A stretch of 64,000 nt of DNA from Cytophagales bacterium (GCA_025056215.1 JANWWC010000007.1:30492-94491); one strand, 5' to 3'. Shown: positions 26,688 to 37,852, counted from the stretch's first letter. Numbers and translations are program-made. Notes: generated from the sequence alone by a model not told the origin.

Positions 26688-28484
26688 CTAAAACGGATAT
26701 TCGTTTTTTTCTAAAAGCATATCCGCAATCTGACGACGAATCTTGATAGTATTCACAGGGTTATACTTAGTAAAGCGTTTTAATCCCATGAGCATTACTT
26801 TTTGTTCTTCACCTGCTGTAAAGGCAGTAATGGCTTCTCTGCCCGCGTGTTCAATTTTGCTTACAGCTCCATCTGCCCATATTTTTACCATCCCAATTTG
26901 AGCTTGGCAAGCATGCTCACCGCGCATTGCTACAAGTTTCTCCGTGCGCAACATCATCGACTCGAGTGCGTAGATCTGAATCATGATGTCGGCAAGATTC
27001 ATAATAATTTCCTGTTCTTCCGCAAGTTGCATCATGAGCGATTGAACTGCTTTTCCGCCAATCATTAAAAATGCTTTTTTAAGACGCTTTAACAAGTCTT
27101 TTTCTTCTGCAAATAGCACGGAAGTGTCTAACGTTTCGAAGGTGGGTACGCTCGTAAGTTCTTGTGCTACAGCCATAGCTGGAGACATCAGGTCTAACTC
27201 TCCTTTCATGGCGCGTTTAATAAGCATATCTACCATGAGCATGCGGTTAATTTCATTAGTGCCTTCATAGATTCGGGCGATGCGTGCATCGCGATATGCG
27301 CGCTCCATAGGAGCTTCAGCAGAAAAGCCCATACCTCCGTAGATTTGAACGCCTTCATCTACTATGTAGTCGAGCATTTCAGAGCCTAACACTTTTACGA
27401 TTGCACATTCAATTGCAAACTGTTCTGTTCCTTTTAACTTGGCTTGAATAGGGTCTAAACCATTTTTTTCTAAGTCAGCAATTTTATCTTCTATATCCTG
27501 ACCTGCTCGATAGGCAGCTGATTCAATGGCATAATTGCATACTGCCATTTGCGCTAACTTATGCTTAATTGCTCCGAAACTTCCGATCGTCTTTCCAAAT
27601 TGTTTGCGTTGGTTAGCGTATTGTATGGCGTAGTTCATCACCATAATATTAGCGCCGATGACTCCTGCTCCTAATTTGATGCGACCCACATTCAGGATGT
27701 TAACAGCGATTTTAAAACCATTTTCGCGCGTAGAAAGCATATTTTCTACAGGAACTTTGCAATCATTAAAAAATACTTGCCGCGTAGAAGAGCCTTTGAT
27801 GCCCATTTTTTTTTCTTCTTCGTTCATAGTGATTCCCCCGAACGATTTTTCTACTATGAAGGCAGAAAGGTTTTTGTCTTGGTCTATTTTGGCAAATACG
27901 ATAAACAAATCTGCAAAGCCCGCATTAGTAATCCACATCTTTTGCCCGTTGAGCAAATAGTATTTTCCATCGGGTGTAAGAGTTGCTTTAGTTTTTCCTG
28001 CATTAGCGTCGCTGCCTGCTTCAGGTTCTGTAAGGCAATAGCTGGCAGCCCATTCTCCAGAAATCAGCTTAGGAAGGTATTTTTTCTTTTGTTCCTCTGT
28101 TCCGTAATAGTAAATGGGCAGAATGCCAATACCTGTATGAGCGCCATAAGTAGTAGAGAAGGAACCTGTAGCCCCCATCACGTCGGCGATAAGCATAGAA
28201 GTATTGAAACTCATTCCTAATCCGCCATATTCTTCAGGAATTGAGATGCCTAATAAACCTAACTCCCCTGCTTTTTGGAGTAGCTTCTTGGAAAAACCCT
28301 CTTCCAAACGCTCCATTCGTTCGATATGGGGTTCTATTTCGGTGCGAATAAAGTCTTTACAGGCACTTGCCATCATGCGTTGTTCTTCGCTGAAATCTTC
28401 TTTGATAAAGATTTCATGTGCTTCTGTAGAGCGAATTAAAAATTCACCTCCTTTAATAGGGCGTTTAGATAAGGTTGAAGACAT
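26688..28484 (-). CDS. Acyl-CoA dehydrogenase family protein (long form with C-terminal extension)
   Basis: ACAD blocks CLTEPEAGSDA, KMWITNAGFADL, YGGMGF and RIYEGTNEI. About 600 aa. Confidence 0.85.
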   Translation of the reverse strand: MSSTLSKRPIKGGEFLIRSTEAHEIFIKEDFSEEQRMMASACKDFIRTEIEPHIERMERLEEGFSKKLLQKAGELGLLGISIPEEYGGLGMSFNTSMLIADVMGATGSFSTTYGAHTGIGILPIYYYGTEEQKKKYLPKLISGEWAASYCLTEPEAGSDANAGKTKATLTPDGKYYLLNGQKMWITNAGFADLFIVFAKIDQDKNLSAFIVEKSFGGITMNEEEKKMGIKGSSTRQVFFNDCKVPVENMLSTRENGFKIAVNILNVGRIKLGAGVIGANIMVMNYAIQYANQRKQFGKTIGSFGAIKHKLAQMAVCNYAIESAAYRAGQDIEDKIADLEKNGLDPIQAKLKGTEQFAIECAIVKVLGSEMLDYIVDEGVQIYGGMGFSAEAPMERAYRDARIARIYEGTNEINRMLMVDMLIKRAMKGELDLMSPAMAVAQELTSVPTFETLDTSVLFAEEKDLLKRLKKAFLMIGGKAVQSLMMQLAEEQEIIMNLADIMIQIYALESMMLRTEKLVAMRGEHACQAQIGMVKIWADGAVSKIEHAGREAITAFTAGEEQKVMLMGLKRFTKYNPVNTIKIRRQIADMLLEKNEYPF

Positions 28485-28633
28485 ATCGCTTAAGAGTTTT
28501 AGATGTTAGAAATTACTTATTTTACTGCTTTCTTTGTTTTTTTGTTGCGAATAACTTGCAAAAATCTTACAACAAACTTTTAATCGAAATAGCTGTGCTG
28601 TAGAGATTTGTTTTGTATTCTAACGTGGTTGCA

Positions 28634-29452
28634 ATGAATTATGTGTGCTTATCTGTTCGAGTGAAAGAGCCTTCGATGCGCGAAATATTAGTAGCCGAGT
28701 TGAGCGAAATTGGGTTTGATATGTTCTCAGAAACAGAAGACCTCTTAGAAACCTCTGTCAGAATAGAGCATTTTCAAGAAAATGAACTCAAAGAAATCAT
28801 GAACCAATATCAAATTGAAGAATTTGAGTATACAGTAGTTGAAAACCAGAACTGGAATCAACTTTGGGAGAGCCACTATCCTTATGTAGAAATCAGTTCC
28901 GAATGTGTAGTAAGAGCGTTATTTCACCAGCTCGAGAAGTCGTATCCTTACGAAATTATTATACAACCTAAAATGTCGTTCGGCACTGGGCATCATGCTA
29001 CTACTGTTTTGATGATGAGAGCTATTCTTCAAATGGATTGTTCTCATAAGGATGTTCTTGATGCAGGCTGTGGAACAGGAATCTTGGGAATTCTGGCTCT
29101 TAAAAAAGGAGCTCGTTCGGTAGTAGCCAACGATATTGAAGAGTGGACAGTCGAAAATGCCCTTGAAAATGCCTTTGCAAACAAAGTAGAGCTGCAAGTT
29201 GTTCTCGGAGATATTTATGCAGTGGGCTCGCTTCAAAAAACTTTTGATATCATTTTGGCTAATATCAATTTGCACGTCATTTTAGAAGAACTCCCTTGTT
29301 ACATAACCTTGTTGCGCCCTGAGGGGAAACTACTCTTGAGTGGATTTTATGTTTCAGATATTCCTTTGATTGAAAGAAAACTAACGAGCCTTCACAGAAA
29401 AATTACCTCCGTGAATACTTTAGAAAATTGGGCTTGCCTTCTGATAGGCTAA
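28634..29452 (+). CDS. prmA: Ribosomal protein L11 methyltransferase
   Basis: PrmA architecture, with FGTGHHATT and AdoMet motif LDAGCGTGILG. Start moved to the ATG at 28634. Confidence 0.85.
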   Translation: MNYVCLSVRVKEPSMREILVAELSEIGFDMFSETEDLLETSVRIEHFQENELKEIMNQYQIEEFEYTVVENQNWNQLWESHYPYVEISSECVVRALFHQLEKSYPYEIIIQPKMSFGTGHHATTVLMMRAILQMDCSHKDVLDAGCGTGILGILALKKGARSVVANDIEEWTVENALENAFANKVELQVVLGDIYAVGSLQKTFDIILANINLHVILEELPCYITLLRPEGKLLLSGFYVSDIPLIERKLTSLHRKITSVNTLENWACLLIG

Positions 29453-29455
29453 AAT

Positions 29456-29797
29456 TCAATCCGAAATGATGACGTTAATTTTGTTGATTTTGCCAGCGTC
29501 GAGCTTATGAGTTTTAATACCGCCATCAGAATTATCTTTGTCTCCTTTTTGAGCGCGAACATAATATACTTGAGGTTCTAAGTCTTTGAATTGAACTTTC
29601 CCCTTTTCGTCTGTTGTTTGTGGACCTCCTACAGGATTTTTATCCTCTTTGTAGTCTTCCTCTGTTTTATAAAGCTTGACAACTGCACCTTTTTGAATAT
29701 TTCCTGCATCGTCTAACACAGTAACTTTTAGCACAGTAGATAAAAACTGAGTGCTTGCTACTACGATGCTAAGCAATCCCCAAAAAATTTTTTTCAT
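29456..29797 (-). CDS. Small secreted protein with a prealbumin/carboxypeptidase-regulatory-like beta-sandwich pattern
   Basis: Signal peptide MKKIFWGLLSIVVAST, then VTVLDDAGNIQKGAVVKLY...GKVQFKDLEPQVYYV. Start moved to the ATG at 29797. Fold assignment is tentative. Confidence 0.55.
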   Translation of the reverse strand: MKKIFWGLLSIVVASTQFLSTVLKVTVLDDAGNIQKGAVVKLYKTEEDYKEDKNPVGGPQTTDEKGKVQFKDLEPQVYYVRAQKGDKDNSDGGIKTHKLDAGKINKINVIISD

Positions 29798-29943
29798 AAG
29801 ATGAAAATCATTTTTTGCGCAAACATATGAATCTGTAGTCAGATAGGCAAATGTCATTTTGTTTAGTTTTAGGTTTTTCATTTTTGCGAATTCCAAAAAT
29901 TTGTATTTGAATTGTTAAGATAAATTTTGTCTGAAGACTTTTT

Positions 29944-31284
29944 ATGAAATCTTATCGAATCGTAAATGCTCGTATTGTAAATGAAGGCAGTATCAGCGAA
30001 CAAGAGCTATTGATTCGCGATGGTTTTATTGAAAAAATAGCCCCTTCAATTTCTACTAAAGTAGATGAAATCATTGACGCCAAGGGACAGTATTTATTGC
30101 CTGGTGTCATCGACGACCAAGTACACTTTCGTGAACCAGGCCTTACTCATAAAGCTGATATTTACACAGAGTCGAGGGCTGCTGTAGCAGGAGGTATTAC
30201 CTCTTATATGGAAATGCCTAATACTCAGCCTCCTACTTTCACGCAAGAGCTCTTAGAACAAAAATATCAGCGCGCCGCTAAGGTATCTTTGGCTAATTAT
30301 TCGTTTTACATGGGTACTTCAAACGATAATCTTTCGGAAATTCTTAAAACCAATAAAAATAGAGTCTGTGGAGTCAAAATTTTTATGGGTTCTTCTACAG
30401 GCAATTTATTAGTAGATAATCCTAAAACATTAGAAGAAGTGTTTAGCAAGGTAGATATGCTTATTGCGGTGCATTGCGAAGACGATAAAATCGTTCAACA
30501 AAACAAAGAACGATTGCTAAAGCAAATTGGAGAACAAGGCCTTTCGGCTGTACACCACGCTGTTATTCGCGATGCAGAAGCGTGTTATGCGTCGTCGTCG
30601 TTTGCAGTGAACCTAGCTAAAAAGTACAATACCCGATTGCACGTATTGCATATCTCTACTGAAAAAGAACTTTCTCTTTTTGACAATCAACTTCCACTTT
30701 CTCAAAAACGCATTACAGCAGAAGCTTGCATTCATCACTTATGGTTTTCTGATGAAGATTATACTACAAAAGGCAACTTGATTAAATGGAATCCTTCCAT
30801 TAAAACTGCTCGCGATAGAGCTGCTATTTGGCAAGCTGTCTTGGACAACCGAATCGATGTAATTGCTACCGACCACGCACCTCATACTTTAGAAGAAAAA
30901 CGTTTGCCTCTTTTGCAGGCGCCCTCTGGTGGTCCGTTGGTTCAACATTCTTTGCAAGCTATGCTCGATTGCGTAGCTCAAGGCAAAATTAGTGTTCAAA
31001 AGGTAGTAGAAAAAATGGCTCATGCACCAGCTATTCTTTTTCAAATCAAACAAAGAGGATTTATTCGAGAAGGCTATTGGGCAGACTTAGTTCTAGTCGA
31101 TCCCCAACAACCATATACAGTTACACAACAAAACTTGCTTTATAAATGTAAATGGTCTCCTTTTGAGGGTTATACATTCGGAAGCACGATTACGCATACT
31201 TTTGTCTCAGGACATCTTGCTTTTTGTAATGGCAAAATCTACGACGAACGATTAGGGTTCCGATTAGAATTTCAACGCGATTGA
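29944..31284 (+). CDS. pyrC: Dihydroorotase (long, allantoinase-like class)
   Basis: Amidohydrolase blocks LLPGVIDDQVHFREPG, VHCED and IATDHAPH. 446 aa. Confidence 0.8.
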   Translation: MKSYRIVNARIVNEGSISEQELLIRDGFIEKIAPSISTKVDEIIDAKGQYLLPGVIDDQVHFREPGLTHKADIYTESRAAVAGGITSYMEMPNTQPPTFTQELLEQKYQRAAKVSLANYSFYMGTSNDNLSEILKTNKNRVCGVKIFMGSSTGNLLVDNPKTLEEVFSKVDMLIAVHCEDDKIVQQNKERLLKQIGEQGLSAVHHAVIRDAEACYASSSFAVNLAKKYNTRLHVLHISTEKELSLFDNQLPLSQKRITAEACIHHLWFSDEDYTTKGNLIKWNPSIKTARDRAAIWQAVLDNRIDVIATDHAPHTLEEKRLPLLQAPSGGPLVQHSLQAMLDCVAQGKISVQKVVEKMAHAPAILFQIKQRGFIREGYWADLVLVDPQQPYTVTQQNLLYKCKWSPFEGYTFGSTITHTFVSGHLAFCNGKIYDERLGFRLEFQRD

Positions 31285-31286
31285 GC

Positions 31287-31859
31287 ATGTTGTTTTCTAT
31301 TTTTTCTCTTGTAAGGTGGATATTGCTTTTAGTGAGCAGCTTTCATGGCTGCATAGCTTTAATAATAACATTTGACCTGGTTGAAAATTTTCTATGGCAA
31401 AAAATGGCGTTATGGAGTTGGGCTGTTGGCAGTGTTTTTTTGGAATTAAAAGCCTTACGACTACTTTCGAATGTAGAGCAAGGCGCTTTCAAATCTTTTT
31501 TAGGGAAATGGGCTTCTCTTCTGAAAGCAATTGCCTGTTTAGAATTAGCGTTGATAATCATTTTAATAGTGGGAATCTTTTTGAACACTGTTATGGCGTT
31601 CGCCTACGTAATCGGATTTGTTTTATACTTATTTGCCATCCTTTTTACGTTTGGACTTATCTTGCTTTCTGAAGATGCCAATGATAGATTTATGTATTAT
31701 CCTAAAAGATTTTTTTATTGGCAAAATCAATTTATAAAGGCTCTGAATTTTCACCAAGAGGATTTGGTTGTGTTGGTATTGATCGTTATGTGGGTGTTTC
31801 CACTGGTGCTTTCGGTAAGTATTGTTTCGTTCGCAAATAAAATTTCTCGCAAAACTTAA
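31287..31859 (+). CDS. Hypothetical integral membrane protein
   Basis: Several hydrophobic helices. The ATG lies 2 nt after the pyrC stop. No recognised family. Confidence 0.5.
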   Translation: MLFSIFSLVRWILLLVSSFHGCIALIITFDLVENFLWQKMALWSWAVGSVFLELKALRLLSNVEQGAFKSFLGKWASLLKAIACLELALIIILIVGIFLNTVMAFAYVIGFVLYLFAILFTFGLILLSEDANDRFMYYPKRFFYWQNQFIKALNFHQEDLVVLVLIVMWVFPLVLSVSIVSFANKISRKT

Positions 31860-31924
31860 CGATTACATCAAATAAAACATTATTTTTGAGTTATTTGAAT
31901 CATTTTTGTAAATCTGAAAAAAGA

Positions 31925-33241
31925 ATGAACGTCTTGATTTTAGGTTCTGGCGGAAGAGAACACGCCTTTGCTTGGAAGATTGCGCAAAGTCCTTTACTTA
32001 CAAAGCTTTATGTAGCACCCGGTAACGCTGGTACTTCTCAGATTGCTCAGAACGTTGAAATCAATCCATTAGATTTTGAGGCAGTAGCTGCATTTTGTTT
32101 AGAAAAAGAAATCAGATTAGTACTTGTAGGACCAGAAGCCCCTTTGTGTGAAGGAATCGTAGATTACTTTCGAAATCGCGTAGAATTAGGATTCGTACGC
32201 ATCATAGGACCTGATAAGTTCGCTGCTCAACTCGAGGGAAGTAAGGACTTTGCTAAGACTTTCATGAAAAAATACAATATTCCCACGGCAGAGGCTAGAA
32301 CTTTTTCTGCTCAGAACATTGAAGAGGGGTATCGATTTTTAGAACGACTTTCTTCTCCTTACGTTTTAAAAGCAGATGGATTGGCAGCAGGAAAAGGTGT
32401 TATAATCCTTAATGATTTAGATGAAGCCAAGCTTACATTGAGGCACATGATTTTGAATGCTAAGTTTGGAAAAGCAAGTGAGAAAGTACTTATCGAGGAG
32501 CATCTAAAAGGAATTGAAATGTCGGTATTTGTTTTAACAGATGGGCAGGACTACCTGATTTTACCTCCAGCCAAAGATTATAAACGTGTAGGCAACGGTG
32601 ATACAGGTCTTAATACTGGGGGAATGGGTGCTGTATCTCCTTTGCCTTTTGCAGATAAGCAACTTATGCGATATATCGAGCGGCATATCATCAGACCTAC
32701 CATTGAAGGAATAAAAAAAGAAAACATGCACTATGTGGGGTTTATTTTCTTTGGGCTAATGGTAACCAAAAACTCAGCCAAAGTAATTGAATACAACGTG
32801 CGCATGGGAGATCCAGAAGCAGAAGTAGTAATTCCGCTCATCGAAAACGATTTGCTAGAACTTTTAGATAAAGCTGTTGATAAAAAACTCCATAAAGTAA
32901 GCTTGCAAGTTCGCCCAATGGCGGCTTCTACTGTAATGTTAGTTTCGGCAGGCTACCCAGAAGAATATACCACAGGAGTGGTTATTTTAGGATTGAATAA
33001 ACTTTCTGAAGCTAATGTCATTCCTTTTCATGCAGGCACCAAAATGATTGCTCCTAATGTAGTGACCAACGGAGGGCGTGTGATTGCGCTTACAGCATTA
33101 GGTAACACGCTTGCAGAGGCACTCGAAAAATCATACCGTGCTGCTGAAATGGTCAAATATCAAGGGAAATACTATCGAACTGATATAGGACAAGATATTT
33201 TGCATTTTAACATGCGCTCATTTAAGCGCAAAACCTCGTAA
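31925..33241 (+). CDS. purD: Phosphoribosylamine--glycine ligase
   Basis: MNVLILGSGGREHAFAWK N-terminus and ATP-grasp blocks (VLKADGLAAGKGV, EYNVRMGDPE). Start moved to the ATG at 31925. Confidence 0.92.
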   Translation: MNVLILGSGGREHAFAWKIAQSPLLTKLYVAPGNAGTSQIAQNVEINPLDFEAVAAFCLEKEIRLVLVGPEAPLCEGIVDYFRNRVELGFVRIIGPDKFAAQLEGSKDFAKTFMKKYNIPTAEARTFSAQNIEEGYRFLERLSSPYVLKADGLAAGKGVIILNDLDEAKLTLRHMILNAKFGKASEKVLIEEHLKGIEMSVFVLTDGQDYLILPPAKDYKRVGNGDTGLNTGGMGAVSPLPFADKQLMRYIERHIIRPTIEGIKKENMHYVGFIFFGLMVTKNSAKVIEYNVRMGDPEAEVVIPLIENDLLELLDKAVDKKLHKVSLQVRPMAASTVMLVSAGYPEEYTTGVVILGLNKLSEANVIPFHAGTKMIAPNVVTNGGRVIALTALGNTLAEALEKSYRAAEMVKYQGKYYRTDIGQDILHFNMRSFKRKTS

Positions 33242-33251
33242 ATTTTGATGA

Positions 33252-33839
33252 ATGAACTTTTTAGCACATTTTGTTTTGTCTTGTAATCAGCCTTTGCTCC
33301 TAGTAGGCAACTTTCTAGGTGATTTCGTAAAAGGAAAACAATATCAGAACTATCCTTCCGAAATAGCGAAAGGTATTTTATTGCATCGCGCCATCGATAA
33401 TTTTACGGACAAACATCCTGTTTGGCTACAAAGCGCATCGCGATTGCGTCCGTTTTTTGGAAGGTACTCGCCTATTTTAATGGATATTTTGGGAGATTAT
33501 TTGTTAGCTTCTTTATGGGAGAACGTGATGAGTGCTATTCCCTATTCTGATTTTGTAGCTTCTGTTTATGCTATTTTACGAGAGTGGCTTGTTTTTTTTC
33601 CTCCCAAAGCGAAGTTTACAGCAGATTATATGATTTCAGAAGATTGGCTTATGCGCTATCGCAGCATAGAAGGAACTCAACGCTCTCTTCGCGGAATGGC
33701 AGAACGTCTTCGCGTGTCATTGCCTTTTGAAAGTGCGACAGATATTTTAATTTCTTATCAAGTCGAATACGAACAAGAATTTTTAATGTTTTGGAAGGAA
33801 ATTCAAAAGTTTGTTGTTCACTTTCTGAAAGATTACTAA
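33252..33839 (+). CDS. acpH: Acyl carrier protein phosphodiesterase
   Basis: MNFLAHFVLS... N-terminus, HRAIDNFTD block and a length of about 195 aa are typical of AcpH. Confidence 0.75.
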   Translation: MNFLAHFVLSCNQPLLLVGNFLGDFVKGKQYQNYPSEIAKGILLHRAIDNFTDKHPVWLQSASRLRPFFGRYSPILMDILGDYLLASLWENVMSAIPYSDFVASVYAILREWLVFFPPKAKFTADYMISEDWLMRYRSIEGTQRSLRGMAERLRVSLPFESATDILISYQVEYEQEFLMFWKEIQKFVVHFLKDY

Positions 33840-33873
33840 TTTTGCTGGCTGAGATTGAGTTAATGTTTTTTGT

Positions 33874-35898
33874 ATGGAAAATACGAATTTAGAAAACGCT
33901 TTACAAGCCGATACTCTCCAAAATGTAAATGTATCGGAGCCCTCGCATCAGGAAAGCTATAATGAAACTACTTCTTCTGAAAATGCTGCAAAGAGAGAAG
34001 AACTTGTTTCTGCAGAAGAGCTCTCTACAACAGGTGTGTCATTACAGAATGTCGACTCATCTACCTCTACAGTTGAAAAAGCGAGCTCATATGCTTCATC
34101 TTTTTCTGATAGCGAAGAAGATGAAGACGATGAAGAGGCTGAAGCCGAAGATTTTGCTAATCGCTCTTTGGAAGACTTAGTCAAATCGGCGCGCGAATTA
34201 GCTAAGTCAGAAGATTGGCGTAAAACGAATTTGGTTTTTCAGGCACTGCGCCACGAAGTAGAGCGACTGTTGAAAGAAGAAACAGAGGCAGCTAAGGCTC
34301 AATTCTTGAAAGAGGGCGGAGCAGAAGAAGATTTTCGGTATAAAAGACCCGAACTTTACGACAAATTTTACGAATACTACGAAGAGTTTAAAAACCGAAG
34401 AGCCACTCATTTTGAGAATGTTAAGAAGGAAAGAGAAAATAATCTCAAAAGAAAAAAGGCGCTCATTGAAGAACTGCGCAATCTCATTGAACATAATGAG
34501 GAAAGAGGGGTGGTCAATCGCGTAAGAGAAATTACAAAAGAGTGGCGTGAGATAGGCCAAGTACCTAAGGCCGATGCTGAAAATATCTACCAAACTTATC
34601 AGGCACTCCTTAATCGTTTTTATGATAAAAAAAGTATTGAGTCGGACTTAAAAGAATTAGACCGACAAAAAAACTACAAAGCCAAGCTCGAAATTGTAGA
34701 GAAAGCAGAAAAACTTTTACAATTAGATTCGCTTTCTGAGGCTGTCAGGCAACTCGATAAGTTGCACGAGGAGTTTAAGTCTATCGGTCCTGTGATGCCC
34801 GAAGAGCGCGAGGCAATATGGTTGCGATTTAAAGCCGCTTCCGACAAAATTTATGAAGAAAAACGCCGACGCGCTGAAGAATATAGAAACAAGCTCAATC
34901 TGAACATGAAACTCAAGCAAGAGTTGTGTTTAAAGATTGAGGAATATATCAATTTTGAGTCTGACAAGATTAAAGATTGGATAGAAAAAACAAAAGAAGT
35001 TGTAGCTCTGCAAGAAGAATGGCAAAAAATAGGTCCTATTCCGCACGAAGTTCGCGATATCAATCGACAGTTTTGGAGTAATTACAAGTTGTTCTTTCAG
35101 AGAAAGAACCAATTCATGGAGTCAATCGAGAAGGAGCGCAATGAAAACTTGGCCAAAAAGATTGCTCTATGTGAACAAGCAGAAGCAATGCAGAATAGCA
35201 CTGATTGGAAGGAGACTACTGAAAAGTTTATGAAATTACAACAAGAATGGAAAAATATAGGACCTGTTCCCGATAAATACAGAGAAAGTATCTTTGAGCG
35301 GTTCAAAAAGGCGTGCGATACTTTTTTTGAGCGCAAACGCAATTGTAAAGATTTGCAAGAGCAAGAATATGAAAATAATTTAAACAAAAAAACTGAAATT
35401 TGCCAGAAGATTAATTCTTTAGCACAAAAAGGTGTTTTTGATAAGGAGGAAATTACTTCTTTGGTAAATGAATATTTTGCGATAGGATTTGTTTCTAGCA
35501 AACACAAGTATAGCATCGTAGAAAAATTTGCGCAAGCATTAGATCATTACTTCGACAAAGTAAAATCTGCTGATGAGCAAGAAAAAGAAAAGTGCCGCAT
35601 AGAACTAACTTCGCTCCTTTATGAGCGCTATCCGTTTATAGGTGAAAAACTTCACAAGAAAGAAGCACAACTTCGCCGCAAAATTGAAGCACTCGAAAGC
35701 GATATTGCTCTTTGGGAAAACAATATTGCTTTCTTTTCTAAATCAAAAACTGCCGATAAATTGCGGGAAGAGTTCAAAGCAAAAATTGAAAATGCTCAAA
35801 AGAAAGTGAGCGAACTGAAAATACAACAGCAATTCTTGCGCAACCTTCTTAAAACTATAAATGTGGATAAAGGAAGCTCTAAAAATCGCAAGGCCTAA
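33874..35898 (+). CDS. DUF349 repeat protein with acidic N-terminal region
   Basis: Five spaced copies of the DUF349 signature, for example EWREIGQVPK...NRFYDKK, EFKSIGPVMP...SDKIYEEK, EWQKIGPIPH...KLFFQRK and EWKNIGPVPD...CDTFFERK. Acidic tract SDSEEDEDDEEAEAEDF. Confidence 0.8.
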   Translation: MENTNLENALQADTLQNVNVSEPSHQESYNETTSSENAAKREELVSAEELSTTGVSLQNVDSSTSTVEKASSYASSFSDSEEDEDDEEAEAEDFANRSLEDLVKSARELAKSEDWRKTNLVFQALRHEVERLLKEETEAAKAQFLKEGGAEEDFRYKRPELYDKFYEYYEEFKNRRATHFENVKKERENNLKRKKALIEELRNLIEHNEERGVVNRVREITKEWREIGQVPKADAENIYQTYQALLNRFYDKKSIESDLKELDRQKNYKAKLEIVEKAEKLLQLDSLSEAVRQLDKLHEEFKSIGPVMPEEREAIWLRFKAASDKIYEEKRRRAEEYRNKLNLNMKLKQELCLKIEEYINFESDKIKDWIEKTKEVVALQEEWQKIGPIPHEVRDINRQFWSNYKLFFQRKNQFMESIEKERNENLAKKIALCEQAEAMQNSTDWKETTEKFMKLQQEWKNIGPVPDKYRESIFERFKKACDTFFERKRNCKDLQEQEYENNLNKKTEICQKINSLAQKGVFDKEEITSLVNEYFAIGFVSSKHKYSIVEKFAQALDHYFDKVKSADEQEKEKCRIELTSLLYERYPFIGEKLHKKEAQLRRKIEALESDIALWENNIAFFSKSKTADKLREEFKAKIENAQKKVSELKIQQQFLRNLLKTINVDKGSSKNRKA

Positions 35899-35934
35899 CC
35901 ATTAAAGGTTAGGTTTATAAATATTTGATTGCAA

Positions 35935-37845
35935 ATGATTTCTATCAGTCACTTGAGTTTTTATTTCGGAGCTCGTCCTATTTATAAAGATGCAAACTTG
36001 CATATCAGACCTAAAGACCGCATCGGATTAATAGGTGCTAACGGAACAGGCAAAACTACTTTGCTTAAAATTATTACGGGGGAATATAAACCGGAAGAAG
36101 GAACTATTAGCATGTCGAACGATTGCACAATAGGTTTTTTAAACCAGGATTTATTGTCGTATGAATCTGATGAACCTATTTTGCATATCGCTATGCAAGG
36201 ATTGGGAGAAGTGTTATTGCTTCAGGCTCAAATTGAAAAGCTCCTTCTTCAGATGGAACAACAATACGATGAAAATTTAGTAACGCAACTTGCGGCACTT
36301 CAAGAGCAATTTGAGCATTTGGGTGGATACAAAGCACAATCTACTGCTGAAGAAGTGTTGGAAGGACTCGGCTTTTCGACTTCTGATTTAATGCGTCCTC
36401 TTCGAGAATTTTCTGGAGGTTGGCGCATGCGCGTGATGTTAGCCAAATTACTCATTCAAAATCCCTCGCTTTTGATGCTTGATGAACCTACTAACCATTT
36501 GGATTTACCTTCTATCGAATGGTTGGAGCAGTACCTTCAAAACTACAATGGCGCCGTAATTATCGTGAGCCACGACCGTCAATTTTTGAACCAGACTGTT
36601 AATAAGATTGTAGAAGTGCGAGGCTGCAAACTCATTGAATACTTAGGCAACTACGATGATTATTTACAAGAAAAAGCACTTCGTGCCGAAATTCAAAACA
36701 ATGCCTACAAAAATCAACAACAGCAAATCAAACAAACAGAGCGTTTTATTGAGCGATTTAGAGCAAAAGCTTCTAAAGCAAGGCAAGTAAAATCGAAAGA
36801 AAAAATGCTCCACAAAATGGAACTCATTGAAGAAGTAGAAGAAGACACTACCGACTTACATTTTCAATTTAAATTTCAACAGCAGCCTGGAAAAGTAATT
36901 GTCACTTTAAAGAATGCTACGAAAAGATTTGGGAATACTATTTTGCTGAAAGATACTCACTTGGAAATTAATCGAGGAGATAAAATCGCTCTTATTGGTG
37001 CTAATGGCAAAGGCAAGTCTACTTTGTTGCGCATGATTTTTGGCAAGGAGCCCTTCGAGGGAGAACGAATTTGGGGTTATAACGTAATTCCTTCGTTTTA
37101 TGCTCAGCACCAACTCGAGGCGCTCAACATCGAGAATGAAATCTTGCAAGAGCTTAAGGAAGCGGGAAGTAATAAATTAGAAGTAGAGCTTCGTCAGATT
37201 TTAGGATGCTTCATGTTTGAAGGGGATGATGTTTTTAAAAAAATTAAAGTGCTTTCAGGAGGAGAAAAGGCGCGTGTAGCACTGGCGAAAACTCTCATTT
37301 CTGAAGCCAATTTTTTGCTACTCGACGAGCCTACTAATCACTTGGATATTATGTCGGTCAATATCCTTACGAAAGCTCTTCAGCAATACGAAGGAACTTT
37401 CGTAGTGGTTTCCCACGATAGACACTTTATCTCACAAATTGCAAATAAAATATGGTATATCGAAAACCAGGTCTTAAAAGAATATCCTGGTACTTTTGAA
37501 GAGTATCAGTATTGGAGAGCACAGCAAACAGATATCTCAGTAGATTCTGAAAAAAAGAATACTGCTGCGAAAACGCCTACCCATCCTCGTAAATCGATAT
37601 CAAAAAGTCAGGCTACGGAGATAAGAAAAATTCAACAACAGATTTCTCAAATAGAAACAGAAATTGAAAATCAAGAAAATCTTCTTAAGATATTAGAAGA
37701 AGAACTTTCTGCTCCTTCTGTGTATGCTAATTTAGACTTGCTTTCTCAAAAAATGCAAGCGTATGAAGTGGCTAAAAATCGCCTCCAAGAGCTTACTCAC
37801 AATTGGGAACAATTGTTTGCCGAAGTAGAGCGCCTTTCTTTTTGA
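35935..37845 (+). CDS. ABC-F family ATPase (two ABC domains, no transmembrane domain)
   Basis: Two Walker A motifs (GANGTGKTT, GANGKGKST). Two signature motifs (FSGGWRMR, LSGGEKAR). Two Walker B motifs (LMLDEPTNHLD, LLLDEPTNHLD). C-terminal coiled coil. Confidence 0.9.
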   Translation: MISISHLSFYFGARPIYKDANLHIRPKDRIGLIGANGTGKTTLLKIITGEYKPEEGTISMSNDCTIGFLNQDLLSYESDEPILHIAMQGLGEVLLLQAQIEKLLLQMEQQYDENLVTQLAALQEQFEHLGGYKAQSTAEEVLEGLGFSTSDLMRPLREFSGGWRMRVMLAKLLIQNPSLLMLDEPTNHLDLPSIEWLEQYLQNYNGAVIIVSHDRQFLNQTVNKIVEVRGCKLIEYLGNYDDYLQEKALRAEIQNNAYKNQQQQIKQTERFIERFRAKASKARQVKSKEKMLHKMELIEEVEEDTTDLHFQFKFQQQPGKVIVTLKNATKRFGNTILLKDTHLEINRGDKIALIGANGKGKSTLLRMIFGKEPFEGERIWGYNVIPSFYAQHQLEALNIENEILQELKEAGSNKLEVELRQILGCFMFEGDDVFKKIKVLSGGEKARVALAKTLISEANFLLLDEPTNHLDIMSVNILTKALQQYEGTFVVVSHDRHFISQIANKIWYIENQVLKEYPGTFEEYQYWRAQQTDISVDSEKKNTAAKTPTHPRKSISKSQATEIRKIQQQISQIETEIENQENLLKILEEELSAPSVYANLDLLSQKMQAYEVAKNRLQELTHNWEQLFAEVERLSF

Positions 37846-37852
37846 TTGATTT